A stretch of DNA of 63,850 bases, filler included, from Octopus bimaculoides (taxonomy: Eukaryota), in assembly GCF_001194135.2 (NCBI RefSeq). It is 6 parts of 6 records of this genome, joined end to end, with 100 filler letters (N's around TTAATTAATTAA, not from the genome) between each part and the next. Parts side by side here need not be neighbours in the genome. Positions count along the whole stretch, not along the records: positions 1 to 19,542 come from NC_068987.1; 5 more parts are not named here. One strand, 5' to 3'. Position numbers and translations under genes: made by a program. Below are positions 1 through 13,304 of the stretch, one piece after another (the stretch's first letter is position 1; every line of letters begins with the position of its first letter). Below the pieces are notes generated by a model that ran no database searches, was not told where the DNA came from, and saw nothing but the letters and a program-made list of their open reading frames with translations.

Positions 1-30
<30 letters not shown>
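1..30. repeat. (TA)n microsatellite
   Basis: Direct reading of the sequence. Confidence 0.95.
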
Positions 31-32
<2 letters not shown>

Positions 33-799
33 AAATATTAGTTATAGAATAAAAAGACTGGGTTAACGACTCAACATATCACACCCCGTCAATGAACATA
101 TATAACAAATACAGCATAATCCGTCAAACATAAAGAATAAGAAGAAATAACGCAAGAAGAAATAATAAATAAAAATATAGCATATAGTAAAAAATTTTAT
201 ACACGAATATATTGTTTCAACCGATAACATGGAACTGAAAAAAATTGAGTTAAAGGTATAATACAATACACGTGAATATCATTTCATAGAAGTTAAAAAA
301 GTTAAAATTAATACGAATAAAAATTAATGCGGAAGGAGTAAAAATTTCAAATATATAATATAATACTATAATATAATATAAGTCGATATAGTAAAATAAA
401 ATGAAATGAAGAAATGAGGTACTATAAAGTAGTCTATCGGTTGAAAATACAAGGACAGAAGTGATTTAACACCACTTAGAGTTAAAGTTCAAAGTTCTTC
501 AACTCCCTCGGGTACATTTCACACCTCAAAACAAGAGTGAACAACAGGCACTCAGCCAGTAACAACAGGCAAAAGTTCAATTCCACTCACCATGTCCAAA
601 AAGGTTCACTACACATGAGTCAAAAACAATGACAGCACACCGCAGGTATCCATCAGTAAAAACAATTTCACAAATTTCATACAATATCTATGGCCATTTC
701 AGAGGTACACCACTGTATTTCAAAACACAATAGAGTGTAAACTGGTGATGACCCCCTCGTCAGGGTAAACACACGTACAAGGTCACGACATGCACAAGG

Positions 800-2500
800 A
801 AAAAAAAAATCTCTTTATTACCCACCAGGGGCTAAACATAGAAGGGGACAAACACAACCGGGGAACTAAAATTATAAAATGGAGGTAAAAAGAAAAAGAA
901 AATAAAAGAAAAGAATGAATTATGAAAAAGATGATATAATGAGGCAGAATGCTCATTCGACCCCCGACGTCGAGTGGTTGCATTGATACCGTTTTGTCGT
1001 TCAATGCCTTGAATCTAGCAGTTCAATTCCATAGCCCTCTTTCAGTTTAGTATAATCAGTCCTTTTCGGCAACTTGTCTCTATCACCGATGACTTTCCAC
1101 CAATCAATGCCTTTATCATTCTTTTTTACTATTTCCCATTGTTCTTTGTTTACCAAATAACACCTTGTAGTCTCACCATCATCATCATCATCTACGAATT
1201 ATACTTCTACCATATCCTTCCACTCGTTCAACCGTTTAAACATGTCATCTCCTGCGTTCTCATACATAACGCAAGCAAAACAAACAGGGGGAGGGGAAAT
1301 CTTATTTTCTTCGTATGTGTTTGTATTTTGTTTGTTTTCTTGTTGGAGGGAATTGGGTAGGTTTGGTGTCTGTATGGGTAGGGTGAGGTGAAAAGGGAGC
1401 GTATGGGCCCTGGGTGGGTTGGGGTGCACAATTACTTACTTTCTTCCTTTTTCTTTTTTTCCTCCTCACGGCTGTTTCCCATTCCTTATCTTCTGGAGTT
1501 TCCTTTTCCACTTCTTGTGTCCTCTCTTGTGGTGGTGGCCATCTCTCCTCTATCATTTTGGGTGGTGTAGGGCAGTTTGCTCTTATGTGTCCCTTCAGGC
1601 CACATTTGAAGCAACGTGGAACTCTTCCTTCCACCCTCACAGTCATAGTTATTTTATCCATGGTTATAGACTCTGTAATCTTTTCTACCATTTCTTTTGA
1701 CCCTTGGACTATCATCTCCAATTGCTGACCTCTCCAGTTAACGCAGTCTTTTTTCTTGGCCTGGAGCACTACTATGTTGTCCTCATTACCACAGAGGACC
1801 GCATCAGCCACCCAGGACACATCAATCTCCGGTGGGATTCCTTCCACCGTGATCCTTGTCGCTCTCGTGCCTCTATACGTGGGCAACAGTATCACATCTT
1901 CACTTCAAATTGTTGAAGCTGCATGTTTCCTTGCTGCTGCTGCATTCCGGAACCTTACTTCTACTGTTCCAAAAGTGGAACCTCTAGCCAGGTATGTTAT
2001 ATCATCCCAAATCTGCCTCAGCGCCTTTTCTATTTTCTCTGTCGTGACGACATCAATTTTTCCTTTATTTATCGAATAGGTTCGATAGTTTATCGTTTTC
2101 TGCGGTATTCCATCTTTTACTTCTTGCGGGGGCTTCAGCTTCACTTTGAACCCATCTCGTGTCATTTCACTTTTATGCTTTCCTAGTTCGCTGATATTCA
2201 GTTCCGTCTCCTTACACCTTGCTGCATCAGCAAAATTCCTGTTCTGTGTTGTCAGCATTTGGTCCATTAATTTCACATCCTCCCGCAACTCCTCGTCGGA
2301 CGAAGACAGGTTTGAATAACTGTCTTCAGACATTCTTTAACCGGCTGTCTCATCTCTTACAAGAAGAGAAGGCACAACCAAAACACGCAAATACTCAAAC
2401 CGCTGCAAAGCAGCTCAAAAAATCATTCCTCAAAAATCACCAGCACAAAATTAAGACAATCAACTTCAAGGATTCAAAAAAACAAAAAACAAAGTGTCAT
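800..2500 (-). mobile_element. L1/Tx1-like non-LTR element carrying only ORF1 (HAL1-like), decayed
   Basis: A gag-like ORF1 is followed by a ~200 bp 3' UTR with AATAAA (814-819 on minus). No endonuclease or RT lies between them. The 5' boundary is approximate. Confidence 0.65.
1001..2333 (-). pseudogene. Disrupted ORF1/gag-like protein with CCHC zinc knuckle (~440 codons)
   Basis: ORFs 1905-2333 and 1302-1895 are in one frame, split by TGA at 1905-1907. The knuckle reads CFKCGLKGHIRANC (CX2CX4HX4C). A frameshift near 1430 enters the 1199-1429 frame, which continues past a stop to TGA at 1001-1003. Confidence 0.75.
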
Positions 2501-2799
2501 TTTAAAATAGCCAAACAGGCTGCAGTATCAAAACCAATGTACAAGGTTTCAATTCACCCTAACGTAAACTATTACACTTGTTATTATTCATTATTACTTT
2601 TAAATTTATTGTTCCCTTAGTGAAATTTCTTTTTCATGTGATAGTTTTAGGTCCAGTTCGATGTTCTTCCCCCCCCCACCACCACCACCACCACCATTTC
2701 AACTTTTGAGAAAGTTTGGTTTTTTAGTTGTTTTGTTGGTTTGGTTCTGTTACACATTAATATCCATCTATCTTGTGGAATCAAGTGCTTGTGGGAATA

Positions 2800-3760
2800 G
2801 CTGTACTTTTATGGGTCATGCTTTCAACAGATCCTGATTAACTCTTCATACAGAAACTTCATTCCTCGTTAACATTGGGGTTCCCAATATGCAGAGACCA
2901 GTTTGTTTTAAGGATTTCAGTTTTGATTTCCTTCTACTTGGCCTTCTTGAAATTCAAGTTCATGCGGAGTAAGTTGTTTGATGTTATTTGTGTGTGTTGC
3001 TCTTCTTGATACTTGTCTTATGTTATGGTTGGAAATAGCTGTGGGAATGACCTGAACACTGTGAATGAAGTCTGTATTGGTGGTAAAGACTAGGTCGAGT
3101 AAGTTATTTTCCTGTAGTTGGACGGGTAATGATTTGTTGCATGAGGAAGTCTTTAGTGGTATCAAGAAGAGCATCCATATCTCACCTATTCAGTTGTTTA
3201 ATTTCAAATTGGATATAACCCTCAGGCCAGCTGAGACTAGGAAAATTAAAGTCCCCTGCTAAAAGTACACTGGTCTGTGGGCTGGCCTCATTTGGGGCTT
3301 GATTTATGAGCAACAAAGCATCTTTGAAGTGATCTCAGTGGTAGGCTGCATCAGGCAGACAGTTGGTAATACTTATGATCAAATTGAGGTCAATCATATG
3401 CATTATTAGTGTATTGCACACTGTATTGGAATGGGAGAGGAGGACATTTATTGTCAGGTCTTCTTGGATGAAGATCGCTATTTCTCCTTGTTTCTGTATT
3501 CTGTAGTTAGTTCTGAGTAGTATATAACCTAATGTATGTATTTCCACATCCAGTATGTCTGGGGTCAGGTGCATTTCACTTAGTGCTACACATATTGTCT
3601 TCTTGCTGTGCAAGATCTCTAACGTATGATACTGTTCTTCGATTTGTGAAGTGTGAAAGACCTTGTACATTCAACATTATTATTGAGTTGAGATTGTGGG
3701 TTAATGACAGCAATGGTGTGGTTGTGCACTGGGGTAGGGGCATTGGCTGTTGCTGTACGA
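2800..3760 (-). mobile_element. CR1/Jockey-group LINE fragment, APE endonuclease region, decayed
   Basis: Translated pieces include EIHTLGYILLRTNYRIQKQGEIAIFI and NNLLDLVFTTN...ISNHNI (LDLVFT/SDH-like). Confidence 0.7.
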
Positions 3761-3900
3761 GAGCTAGAAGTTTTTTTTAATTTCTTTTGCCAGATTCATC
3801 ATCAGTAAATAAGAGTTTTCTTGTTTTGGGAGGGTTTGCTGTCTGGAGTTAGTCTGGTTGCACTGTTGAATATAGTTATAGTTATATGGTTTGCTGTGAA

Positions 3901-4283
3901 TGCGCAATGGCCCAGTGGTTAGGGCAGTGGACTCGTGGTCATAGGATCGCGGTTTTGATTCCCAGACCGGGTGTTGTGAGTGTTTATTGAGCGAAAACAC
4001 CTAAAGTTCCACGAGGCTCTGGCAGGGGATGGTGGTGAACCCTGCTGTACTCTTTCACCACAACTTTCTCTCACTCTTACTTCCTGTTTCTGTTGTGCCT
4101 GTAATTCAAAGGGTCAGCCTTGTCACACTCTGTCATGCTGAATATCCCTGAGAACTACATTAAGGGTACACGTGTTTGTGGAGTGCTCAGCCACTTGCAC
4201 ATTAATTTCATGAGCAGGCTGTTCCGTTGATCGGATCAACTGGAATCCTCAATGTCGTAAGCGACGAAGTGCCAACAACAACA
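3901..4283 (+). mobile_element. tRNA-derived SINE, near full length
   Basis: Box A TGGCCCAGTGGTTAG, box B-like GGTTTTGATTCCC, a body and a (CAA)n tail. Confidence 0.75.
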
Positions 4284-4868
4284 TTAGTTGTGGCAAGGGT
4301 AGTAGCAGTAGAACATGATGGCAATGATGATGATGATGGGCCAGTTATGGTATACAGAGGAAATGAAGAATTGGATAGCTACACTATGAAGGGTACTTGA
4401 TTGTGAAGTTTAATAGTTCATCAATTGTGCTAGTATCAAGAGAGTGGCCACAGTTGTTGAATTTATATATATATATAATTTTAATTTTAATGTTGAGGAT
4501 GCTTTAGTTCAGTAATATATCTTTCTAGGGATTTGGGGGAATTTTCTTTTTATTTATTTTAGTTCTTTGTTTTCATTTTGTGAAGAAACCTAACTTCAAC
4601 CAAATTTTTACAAATCAATTTTTAAACAATATTTTCTAAGCTTGAGAAAGATATGTAGGGGGTGCAATATTGAATTAGTGCATCTCCTGCACCCTCTGTT
4701 CCCAGGTCCACGAGTGTATATAGTATATAATATTCATATAGGTAATTTAACCAGTCCTTTCTATTCACATAATTGTTATGTCAGTTAACCAGACATCAGT
4801 TTACTAATCTCACGTGACAAATATAGATAAGTTAAAATAAAACAAATATTTAAAAAAAAAACATATAA

Positions 4869-4870
<2 letters not shown>

Positions 4871-4914
<44 letters not shown>

Positions 4915-4950
4915 ACACACACACACACACTCTCACACACACACACACAC
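4871..4950. repeat. (AC)n microsatellite
   Basis: Direct reading of the sequence. Confidence 0.95.
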
Positions 4951-5399
4951 AAAGTGGTATTTGAATTTAGAATTTGGGATAGAGGGATTGGCAGGAGTTC
5001 TGCTGTGTGAAAAGCTAATGATTCATTCTTGTGTTTATCAAGGTTTATCTAAGTTCCTCATTGTGTGCGATCATCTACATGATAAAACTATGAGACAGAA
5101 ATGCTTCAAGTCTTTTTTTTCACCTGAATGATCAAATATCATAAGAAATTTAGTGGTTTTCACTAAATAAACTCTACTATATTGTGTAGAGCCTCTTTTG
5201 TTTCTAATCCAAATAATGTGAATACATATATACACACACACATACACACACAATTTAAATAATATGAATACATGTGTACATACATACACACCCATTCTAT
5301 TGATAGATAAACAAGTGCATTTTTTCCTGACTCGGACTTGTAGACAACTTACACACACACACACACACACACGTGAGAGAGAGAATTGTGATGTCGTAG

Positions 5400-7135
5400 G
5401 AGAGAAATGTGTTGGCATGGATGATGGCTCATTTTTATTTAATGATATTGCAAAGACAGACACTGGGAGAAACCACTATGAAAGATTGCTAAATGAAGAA
5501 AATGAATGGGAGAAAGAGAGTTTGCCAAATGTCAACCCAGTAGAGGGATCAGCTATTTGAATTGACAGTACCTTGGTAGATAAAGCAAATAATGGAATGA
5601 AGACAGGGAAAGCACCCAGCCCATCAGGAATCACTGCTGAGATGTTTAAAATATCTGGTGGTGTGGGCTATAGTCCACTCACCCAGGTGATACATTAAGG
5701 AGTCATACCCAATGACTGGTGTAGCAGCACCATAGTCAACTGCTATAAAGGTGAAGGTGACGCATTATATAGGAATAATTACAGAGGTATCAAATTGTTG
5801 GATCAGGTGATGAAACTTGCGGAGAGGGTCATAGCCCAACTAATTAGGGAGAGATAGAAGCACCATTGATGCTATATTTCTGGTAAGACAGCTGCAGAAG
5901 AAATTCCACGCCAAAGATAAGCTTCTGTACTTGGCTTTCGTTGACATGGAGAAAGCCTTTGACAGGGTCCCCTGATCCCTTATCTGGTAGTCAATGCAGA
6001 AACTAGGGATAGATGAGTGGTTGGTGAGAGCTGCACAAGCTATGTACAAGGATTCTGTCAGTAAGGTGAGGGATGGTAATGAGTATAGTGAAGAATTCAG
6101 GTTAGAAGTAGGAGTTCACTACAGATCAGTCATCAGTCCCCTCTTATTCATCACAGTCCTCCAGGCAATAACAGATGGATTCAAGTCAGGCTGCCTGGGA
6201 GCTTCTGTATGCTGATCTAGCAAAGCCCAAAGTCTTAGTAAGTAGGGAGGCAGATAAATCACAAATCCCTTGATCTGTAGAAAAGGCATAGGTAGAATCT
6301 CCATAAGATGTACCCAGTGTAACTTATGGACACATAAGAGGTGCAGCAATATCGAAGGAAAGTTAACTGGGAAGATAGTTTTTATGTGTGACAGATGCAC
6401 AGGGCAATAAATACCAAAGTTGTACAGAAAACAGATTCCGTCACATGCCAGGGGGAAAAACTAGAAGTAGTTGATAGTTTCCGTTACCTAGGTGACCAAG
6501 TCAGTAGTTGGGGTGGATGCTCTGAGAGTAGTGCCACTAGAATAAGAATAGCCTGGGCAAAGTTGAGAAAGCTCCTACCTCTGCTGGCAACAAAGGGCCT
6601 CTCACTCAGAGTAAAAGGTAGACAGTATGATGCATGGGTGCGAAGAGCCATACTACACGGCAGTGAAACATGGGCTGTGACTGCCGAGGACATGTGTAGG
6701 CTTGAAAGAAATGAAGCTAGTATGCTTCACTGGATGTGTAATGTCAGTGTGCACACACAACAGAGTGAAGTGCCCTGAGTGAAAAGTTGGACATAAGAAG
6801 CATCAAATGTAGTGTGCAAGAGAGGTGAATGTGCTGGTATGGTCATGTGTTGTGTATGGATGAAGACAGTGTCACATCCTAAAAGTGGAAAGAACCTGTG
6901 ANNNNNNNNNNNNNNNNNNNNNNNNNNNNNNNNNNNNNNNNNNNNNNNNNNNNNNNNNNNNNNNNNNNNNNNNNNNNNNNNNNNNNNNNNNNNNNNNNNN
7001 NNNNNNNNNNNNNNNNNNNNNNNNNNNNNNNNNNNNNNNNNNNNNNNNNNNNNNNNNNNNNNNNNGTTGTGTATGGATGAAGACAGTGTCACATCCTAAA
7101 AGTGGAAAGAACCTGTGAAAGAGGTAGACTCAGGA
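5400..7135 (+). mobile_element. RTE-clade LINE, RT and C-terminal region, decayed
   Basis: KTGKAPSPSGITAEMFK, RGIKLLDQVMK, FVDMEKAFDRVP, FRYLGDQV and LHGSETWAVT occur in order, with frameshifts. A gap interrupts the 3' part. Confidence 0.9.
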
Positions 7136-7149
7136 AGGCCTGGTTAGAG

Positions 7150-7318
7150 ACCCCATCTTCTGAGTTCTTTTTAAAGGGCTTACAAATACTGAAAGACCAC
7201 TGCAATAAGTATATGAATCTAAGAGGGGAATATTTTGGATAAAATCATAATTAACTGATCCACTGATCCTCCTGGATTTTCTTTTACCCAAATCCAGGAA
7301 CTTTTCAGAACCCCCTAG
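7150..7318 (+). mobile_element. mariner (Tc1/mariner) 3' end with TIR
   Basis: The C-terminus HCNKYMNLRGEYFG* resembles the mariner KC..L.GEYVE end. The terminal CCAGGAACTTTTCAGAACCCCCT is TIR-like. Confidence 0.65.
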
Positions 7319-7332
7319 CATATATGTACGTA

Positions 7333-7377
<45 letters not shown>

Positions 7378-7399
7378 CATTGTCATCATCATCATAAAT

Positions 7400-7550
7400 G
7401 TAGGTATGGCTGCATGGATAAGAAGCCCACTTTGGAAACCATGTTGGTTTCAGGTTCAGTCTCACAGCAGAGTACATTGGGTCAATTGTTTTTATTATAA
7501 GCCTCAGAGCAACAAATGTCTTGTGAGGGAATTTGGTAGATGGAAACCTA
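7400..7550 (+). mobile_element. Degenerate 5' half of the abundant tRNA-derived SINE
   Basis: Diverged match to the copies at 11792, 14526 and 61383. Confidence 0.6.
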
Positions 7551-7557
7551 CTGTGTA

Positions 7558-7614
<57 letters not shown>

Positions 7615-8438
7615 GTATACACACATACTTATATGTATGTATGTATGTATGTAGTATATCTTCTGTACACAGTCAGATATACAACTACTACTGTTGAATT
7701 TAGAGCTCCAACTAGGGTATCATCATCCAGTTTACTTCCAGTATATCGGTCTGGTTACTATTGTACTATACATAATGCAATAAAGTGTTCCCTTGTGGAT
7801 TCATCATGGGTCAGCATCCAATTTCACTTGAAAGATCCAATGCAGAGGTTGTGAATAGCCAGAATGGTAAAACATAAAATAAGAACAAATGATATAAACC
7901 AAATCAATAATTTACCTTATGGCATGGATGAATTAACTAACTGTAACCTCCCCATTCTTATAAACACAAAGTATGTATTTAATTTGCTGTGTGAGCTAAT
8001 GTGTGCCAAACCATGCATGTGCGTTTGCTTATATCTTCATGTAAGTTTGTATGAGCAAGTGTATGTGTGCCATACAACCAAAGTGAAGGTGTTTATACAT
8101 CCATATCTGCTAATGGTTATAGTTAATAATTTTTTCACTGTATTGTATTTTTGTTTCTTTTTGTAGCTGATTTTTATTGATCTTCTATAATAATGAAGCT
8201 GTATCCATTAATTTGCTGCTTCTGTATACACATACTGATAAGAAAACTTGAGGAACAGACATTATTTTAATGAGATATATCTTGTAATCACCTGAAGAGA
8301 CACATCTACACCGATGGGTACTCCTAAACCAGTTGTTAAGTATCTCACCCATGAGAGGTTGATGCTACATGGGTTGAAACAATTGTAGTGATCAATAAGC
8401 ATTCCTGTATCTTCCATCCTTCATCTCTCTCATTAAAA

Positions 8439-8499
<61 letters not shown>

Positions 8500-8501
8500 C
8501 A

Positions 8502-8537
<36 letters not shown>

Positions 8538-10284
8538 TATCGCAGACAGATAGATAGATGCTTCTATTCTTTGAACATCCTTTTTGCCATACTGGCATCA
8601 GCTGGATGGGGAAGTGTTTGAGGCACGCTTTTGTGACTGGATGTTATTTCTGTGGCCAACCTTTACATGCTTTTCAAGCAAGTTCTAAAAAAGCACAGAA
8701 CAACTGATCATAGTGTCGACAAGGGATGTAAACATCAGTCATAATTTCTCTGAGACATATGAGAAGTCAACATTCATGCACATGCACACAAATATATACA
8801 CATATGCATATATGTATGCGCATGATTGTATATATATATGTAAATATATATATATATATATGTACATGTATGCATGTGTACATACACGTGTGTGTGTATA
8901 CACATATGATAGGTTTTCTACAGTTTCTGTGTTCCAAAGTCACTCATAAAACATTGGACGGCCTATGAATATTGCAGAAAATATTTGTCTGAGTTGTGAT
9001 TGAACTTAAAATCTCATGCTTACGAAGCAAACTTCTTAACTACATATCCACATTTGAGCTGATACAATCAACTCTCTCTTCTTGCAAAATGTGTAGCTAT
9101 ATCAATAGAATAGCACTTAAAAAGAAACAGTACACCAACAATGTCTAACGATAGACATTTATTCTGCTAATGTTTTAAGTATTAACCACACACATGTGTT
9201 GCATACATGACACATATATTGATTGATTGATTGATTGATTGATTCGTTGGTTCATTGATTGATGTATAACTCTTGAGTATTGATGATCTGGTATTTTATT
9301 ACTGTAATTGTTATCTCAGCAAATAAAGTTATCAATTTGGAACCAAAGCTATTTGCTGTTACTAACTTACTTAATGCTTTTCGACACCACAAAAACTTCT
9401 GTCTCTGCTAGTAAAATAAATATGTTCTCTTGGTCTCTCTTAACAATTAAACTTTATTTTTGTCGTTCATATTGCTCTAAAATAGTGTTCTTTTTCTTCA
9501 TGTGCTTAGGTCACCACAGTCACCTTAGCAGATAACCTCATTCTCTTTGGGTGGGAATATTCACAAGATATTTGACTTGCTGAATATTAATCAAAAGTGA
9601 AGAAGTTAGGGAATAAATCTGACAAATATAGTTTAACAGTAGCTGTTTGACCTTGCAACACCTCTTGTGTGTATGTGTGTGTGTGAGAGAGAGAGAGAAA
9701 GTGTGTGTGTATGTGAGAGAGAGAGAGAGAGAGAGAAAGTGTGTGTGTGTGTGTGACTGAGTGTGTGTGTGTCTGAGTGCGATGAGTGTGTGTGTGTTTA
9801 TAAATAAGTACATATGCATACATATACATACATGTACATATATATATATATATGCCTTAGAACAATCATAGGCTCATAGAAGTACTGCTTGAAACATCTG
9901 ATGAGAGGGAAGACCATATCGAGATTTATAATCTTGAGAGAAAAAAAAAACTAGCAGATTCTATGAGACAACCTTCTGAAGGCCAAGGTTAAGATATAAG
10001 TTTGATACAAAGCCCCAACCTGATGTAAATGCATGTGGGAATGGAATAGTGTGATAAATAGGTCTATAAAAGATAAGAGACAGGCCTGAGCAGACTTGAA
10101 GGAAGCATGAAGCAAACAACTATAATACAGTCAGAAGGGAATTTAGACAGCAGATATACTTAGCTAGAGGAGAAGGAGGAAGAAAGAAGGTCATTCATGC
10201 TATGTGATGAGAGGATCAGAGGCAAAAGGCATACAGAATAGTGAAACCATGTACTAAAGGGAATTGAGATGTTATTTGGAAGAA

Positions 10285-11262
10285 GTATAATGACTGAGTG
10301 GTTAGAGTGTCAGGCTCACAATCATGATGTATTAAGTTCAATTCCTAGGCTAGGCTGTGTGTTGTGTTCTTGAGTAAGACACTTTATTACATGCTGCTCC
10401 ACTTCACTCAGCTGTAGAAAACAATTGGGATCTATTTCAAAACGGGGGCACCAGTTTTCATTTATGTTTTATGTAGTGTTTTTGGTACCGAAAGACTTTC
10501 AAACTTCGTATACTTATCTATTTTGTGTTATAGAACAGAAAAATATTTTTGTATTCGAATTTATTTCATGTAAAAAATTGTCTTATTTCGATAATTTCTA
10601 CTAATCACTGACGTCTATTCAGTTGAAAACAGTTAGCGCTGTAACGGTGTATATCGTATTAATCCCCTAACCCTAACCCTAAAACTAACCCTAACTCTAG
10701 AATCCGAACTCTAAAATTGTTACACACATAGATACACACAGCGTAATTTATTATATAAACAATATATGCGTATAAATTACGATTAAACCGGATGAAATAT
10801 GTCACAGGGAATAACATTTTTATGACCGCCCAGCAGTAACTCTATTCAGCTGAATAGACATCAGTGATTGGTTGAAATTACAGAAATACGACAACTTTAA
10901 CATGGAATAACTTGCGATGTACGTTTTTTTTGTTAAGAAGACTAAGAGTAAAAGATGTTTTATATGACACATTCTACCAGTGTCCCAAGTTTCAAAGTGT
11001 TTCGTTAGTGTTTCGTTAAGAAAATACTGGTGCCCCCGTTTTGAAATAGATCCAAGAATTGCAATGTCACTGGTGCCAAACTGTATTGATTGGCCTTTGC
11101 CTTTCCTTTGTATAACATCGGTGGCATGGAGAAGGGAGGCTGGTATGTATGAGTGACTGCTGGTCTTCCATAAACACCCTTACTCAGACTTGTGCCTTGG
11201 AGGGGAACTTTCTTAGGTGCAATCCTATGGTCATTCATGACTAAAGGAGGTCTTTATCCTTA
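10285..11262 (+). mobile_element. tRNA-derived SINE interrupted by a MITE
   Basis: Box A TGACTGAGTGGTTAG and box B AGTTCAATTCC are present. The body resumes after 11061. Confidence 0.65.
10428..11053. mobile_element. MITE with perfect 28-bp TIRs and 8-bp TSD (Merlin-like)
   Basis: GGATCTATTTCAAAACGGGGGCACCAGT and its exact reverse complement bound the element. The flanks are AACAATTG and AAGAATTG. Internal (CCCTAA)n is present. Confidence 0.85.
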
Positions 11263-11329
11263 TATACAGTGTGATGGTGGTGCAGTTATTCTCACTGACA
11301 TTAAAAAGAAAGAGCTATTATGAGAGATG

Positions 11330-11770
11330 GTTGAATGTGGAGAAAGCATAGGAGAGAGTGAGAGCTTGATCTCAAGCAGACATGACAGAAGGACCAACCA
11401 TTCAAGTAGGGTAAATTGGGTGATTGTGGATATGAATGCAGGGAAAGCAGCAGCCCATTAGAAATAGTGACAGATATGCTTGAAATATTTGGGTGAAGTA
11501 GAGGATAGATTAATCAGTCAAATAGTTAATTAGGTAATAGAATGTATCCTATCCAATGACTAGTGTAGCAGCATTTATTCAAACTATTACAAAGGTAAAA
11601 GAGATACTTTAGAGAGAGGAAACTACAGTGGCATGAAATTGTTGGAACAGGCCAGGCAAGTTACAGAAAGAGAAGTTGCAAAATTGATCAGGAACAGAAT
11701 TAGCCTTGAACAAACATATGTTTAGTTTTGTACCAGGAAGAGGTACCACTGATGTCATATTCCTAGCAAC
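11330..11770 (+). mobile_element. RTE LINE RT fragment
   Basis: GMKLLEQ and MFSFVPGRGTTDVIF; homologous to the 5400-7135 copy. Confidence 0.75.
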
Positions 11771-11791
11771 AAAAACAAAAAAAAACTATAG

Positions 11792-11960
11792 GCACAGGAG
11801 TGTCTGTGTGGTAAGTAGCTTGCTTACCAACCACATGGTTCCGGGTTCATTCCCATTGCGTGGTACCTTGGGCAAGTGTCTTCTACTATAGCCTCGAGCC
11901 GACCAAAGTCTTGTGAGTGGATTTGGTAGACGGAAACTGAAAGAAGCCCGTCGTATATAT
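11792..11960 (+). mobile_element. Abundant tRNA-derived SINE, 5' half
   Basis: GGAGTGTCTGTGTGGTAAGTAGCTTGCTTACCAACCACATGGTTCCGGGTTC is shared with the other copies. Confidence 0.85.
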
Positions 11961-11989
11961 GTATGTTTTTGTATATGTTTGTGTGTCTG

Positions 11990-12770
11990 TGTTTTACAGC
12001 TGGATGCCCTTCCTAATGCCAACCCTCCAGGAGTACAGTGGGTGCTTTTTACTTGCCACTGGCACAAGGGCCAGTCAGGCAGCACTAGCAACAACCAGGT
12101 TCAAATGGTGCTTATTATGTGCCACCGGCATGGGACCAGTCAGGCGGCACTAGCATTGACCACACTTGAATGGTGATTTTTATGTGTCACCAGCACGGGT
12201 ACCAATCAAGTGGTACTGTCATCGGCCACAACAATGACTTCACTTGACACAACAGGTCTTTGCAAGCACAGTTTATTGCCCTATGACTGAAGGGTACTCT
12301 TAAATGGGCCGGTTATACTGCACTAGCATAGACCACAGTTTTGGTCTAACTTGGCTTGCCGGGTCTTCTCAAGCACAGCGTATTTCTAAAGGTCTTGATC
12401 ATTTATCATCATCTCCATGAGCCCAATGTTCGAAGGTGGCTCCACCACCTTATCCAGCTCTTCCTGGATCTACCGCTTCCACAGGTTCTCTCTACTGCTA
12501 GGGTGTGACACTGTTTCACACAGCTGTCCTCATCCATATGCAAAACATGACCATACCAGCACAGACATCTCTCTTGCACACTACATCTGATGCTTCTTAT
12601 GTCCAACTTTTCTCTCAGGGTACTTACACTCTGTCGTGTATGCACACTGCACATCCAGTGCAGTATATTAGCTTCATTCCTTGCAAGCTTATGCATGTCC
12701 TCAGTAGTCCCATGTTTCACTGCCATGTAGCATGGCTGTTCGCACACATGCATTATACAGTCTACTTCTG
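11990..12770 (-). mobile_element. RTE LINE 3' portion with minisatellite-bearing 3' UTR
   Basis: LARNEANILHWMC...LREKLDIRSIRC...WYGHV, followed by ~60-bp tandem repeats. Confidence 0.85.
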
Positions 12771-13264
12771 AACATCTTCTGGTTTCAACTCCATGTGGCA
12801 AGGTATTAAAATATGAGGTAGGGGTATCTGAATGAGCTTGTTTATATAGGGTGTGGTGGTGTTGGGTGGGGGAGTAGAGGTAAAATGTTGGGAGAAGCAA
12901 GTGGTTAATGAAACTCAGAGAGAGAGAGAGAGACCAGAGTTAGGCTTGTAGAAGACAGAACACGAGGAGACAGAATTTTGTGATTTAGGGTAACATAATT
13001 GAATGAATGGGTTTAACATTGCCACTGCCAGAGTGAAAGAATAGTAATTCTGATAATGAGATAGAATTGGGCACCGCGAAACAGCAAAAACTCAGGCTCC
13101 GGTGTGAGAGAATATTAATGATAATAATGAGACAGAATTGGGTATTTGAATTCTTAACTAGAGCTATAACCAACAGGTTTTGGTCAGCTAAACTATGACA
13201 AAATTAGATAAATGAATGAATGAATAAATGACAATAATAAATGAGTGTGAAAGAGAGGGAGAAA

Positions 13265-13299
<35 letters not shown>

Positions 13300-13304
<5 letters not shown>

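Noticed and set aside
745-785. Hammerhead-like GTGATGA-CCC...GGG-TAAAC
   Set aside because: Both core strands are mutated and stem I is not convincing.
776-2546. GTACAAGGT at 776-784 and 2539-2547 as a TSD of the ORF1-only element
   Set aside because: It does not abut a defined 3' tail and could be chance.
7660-8400. Short open frames with splice-like sites as further SLC22 exons
   Set aside because: They contain no SLC22 motifs and lie in a different scaffold segment.
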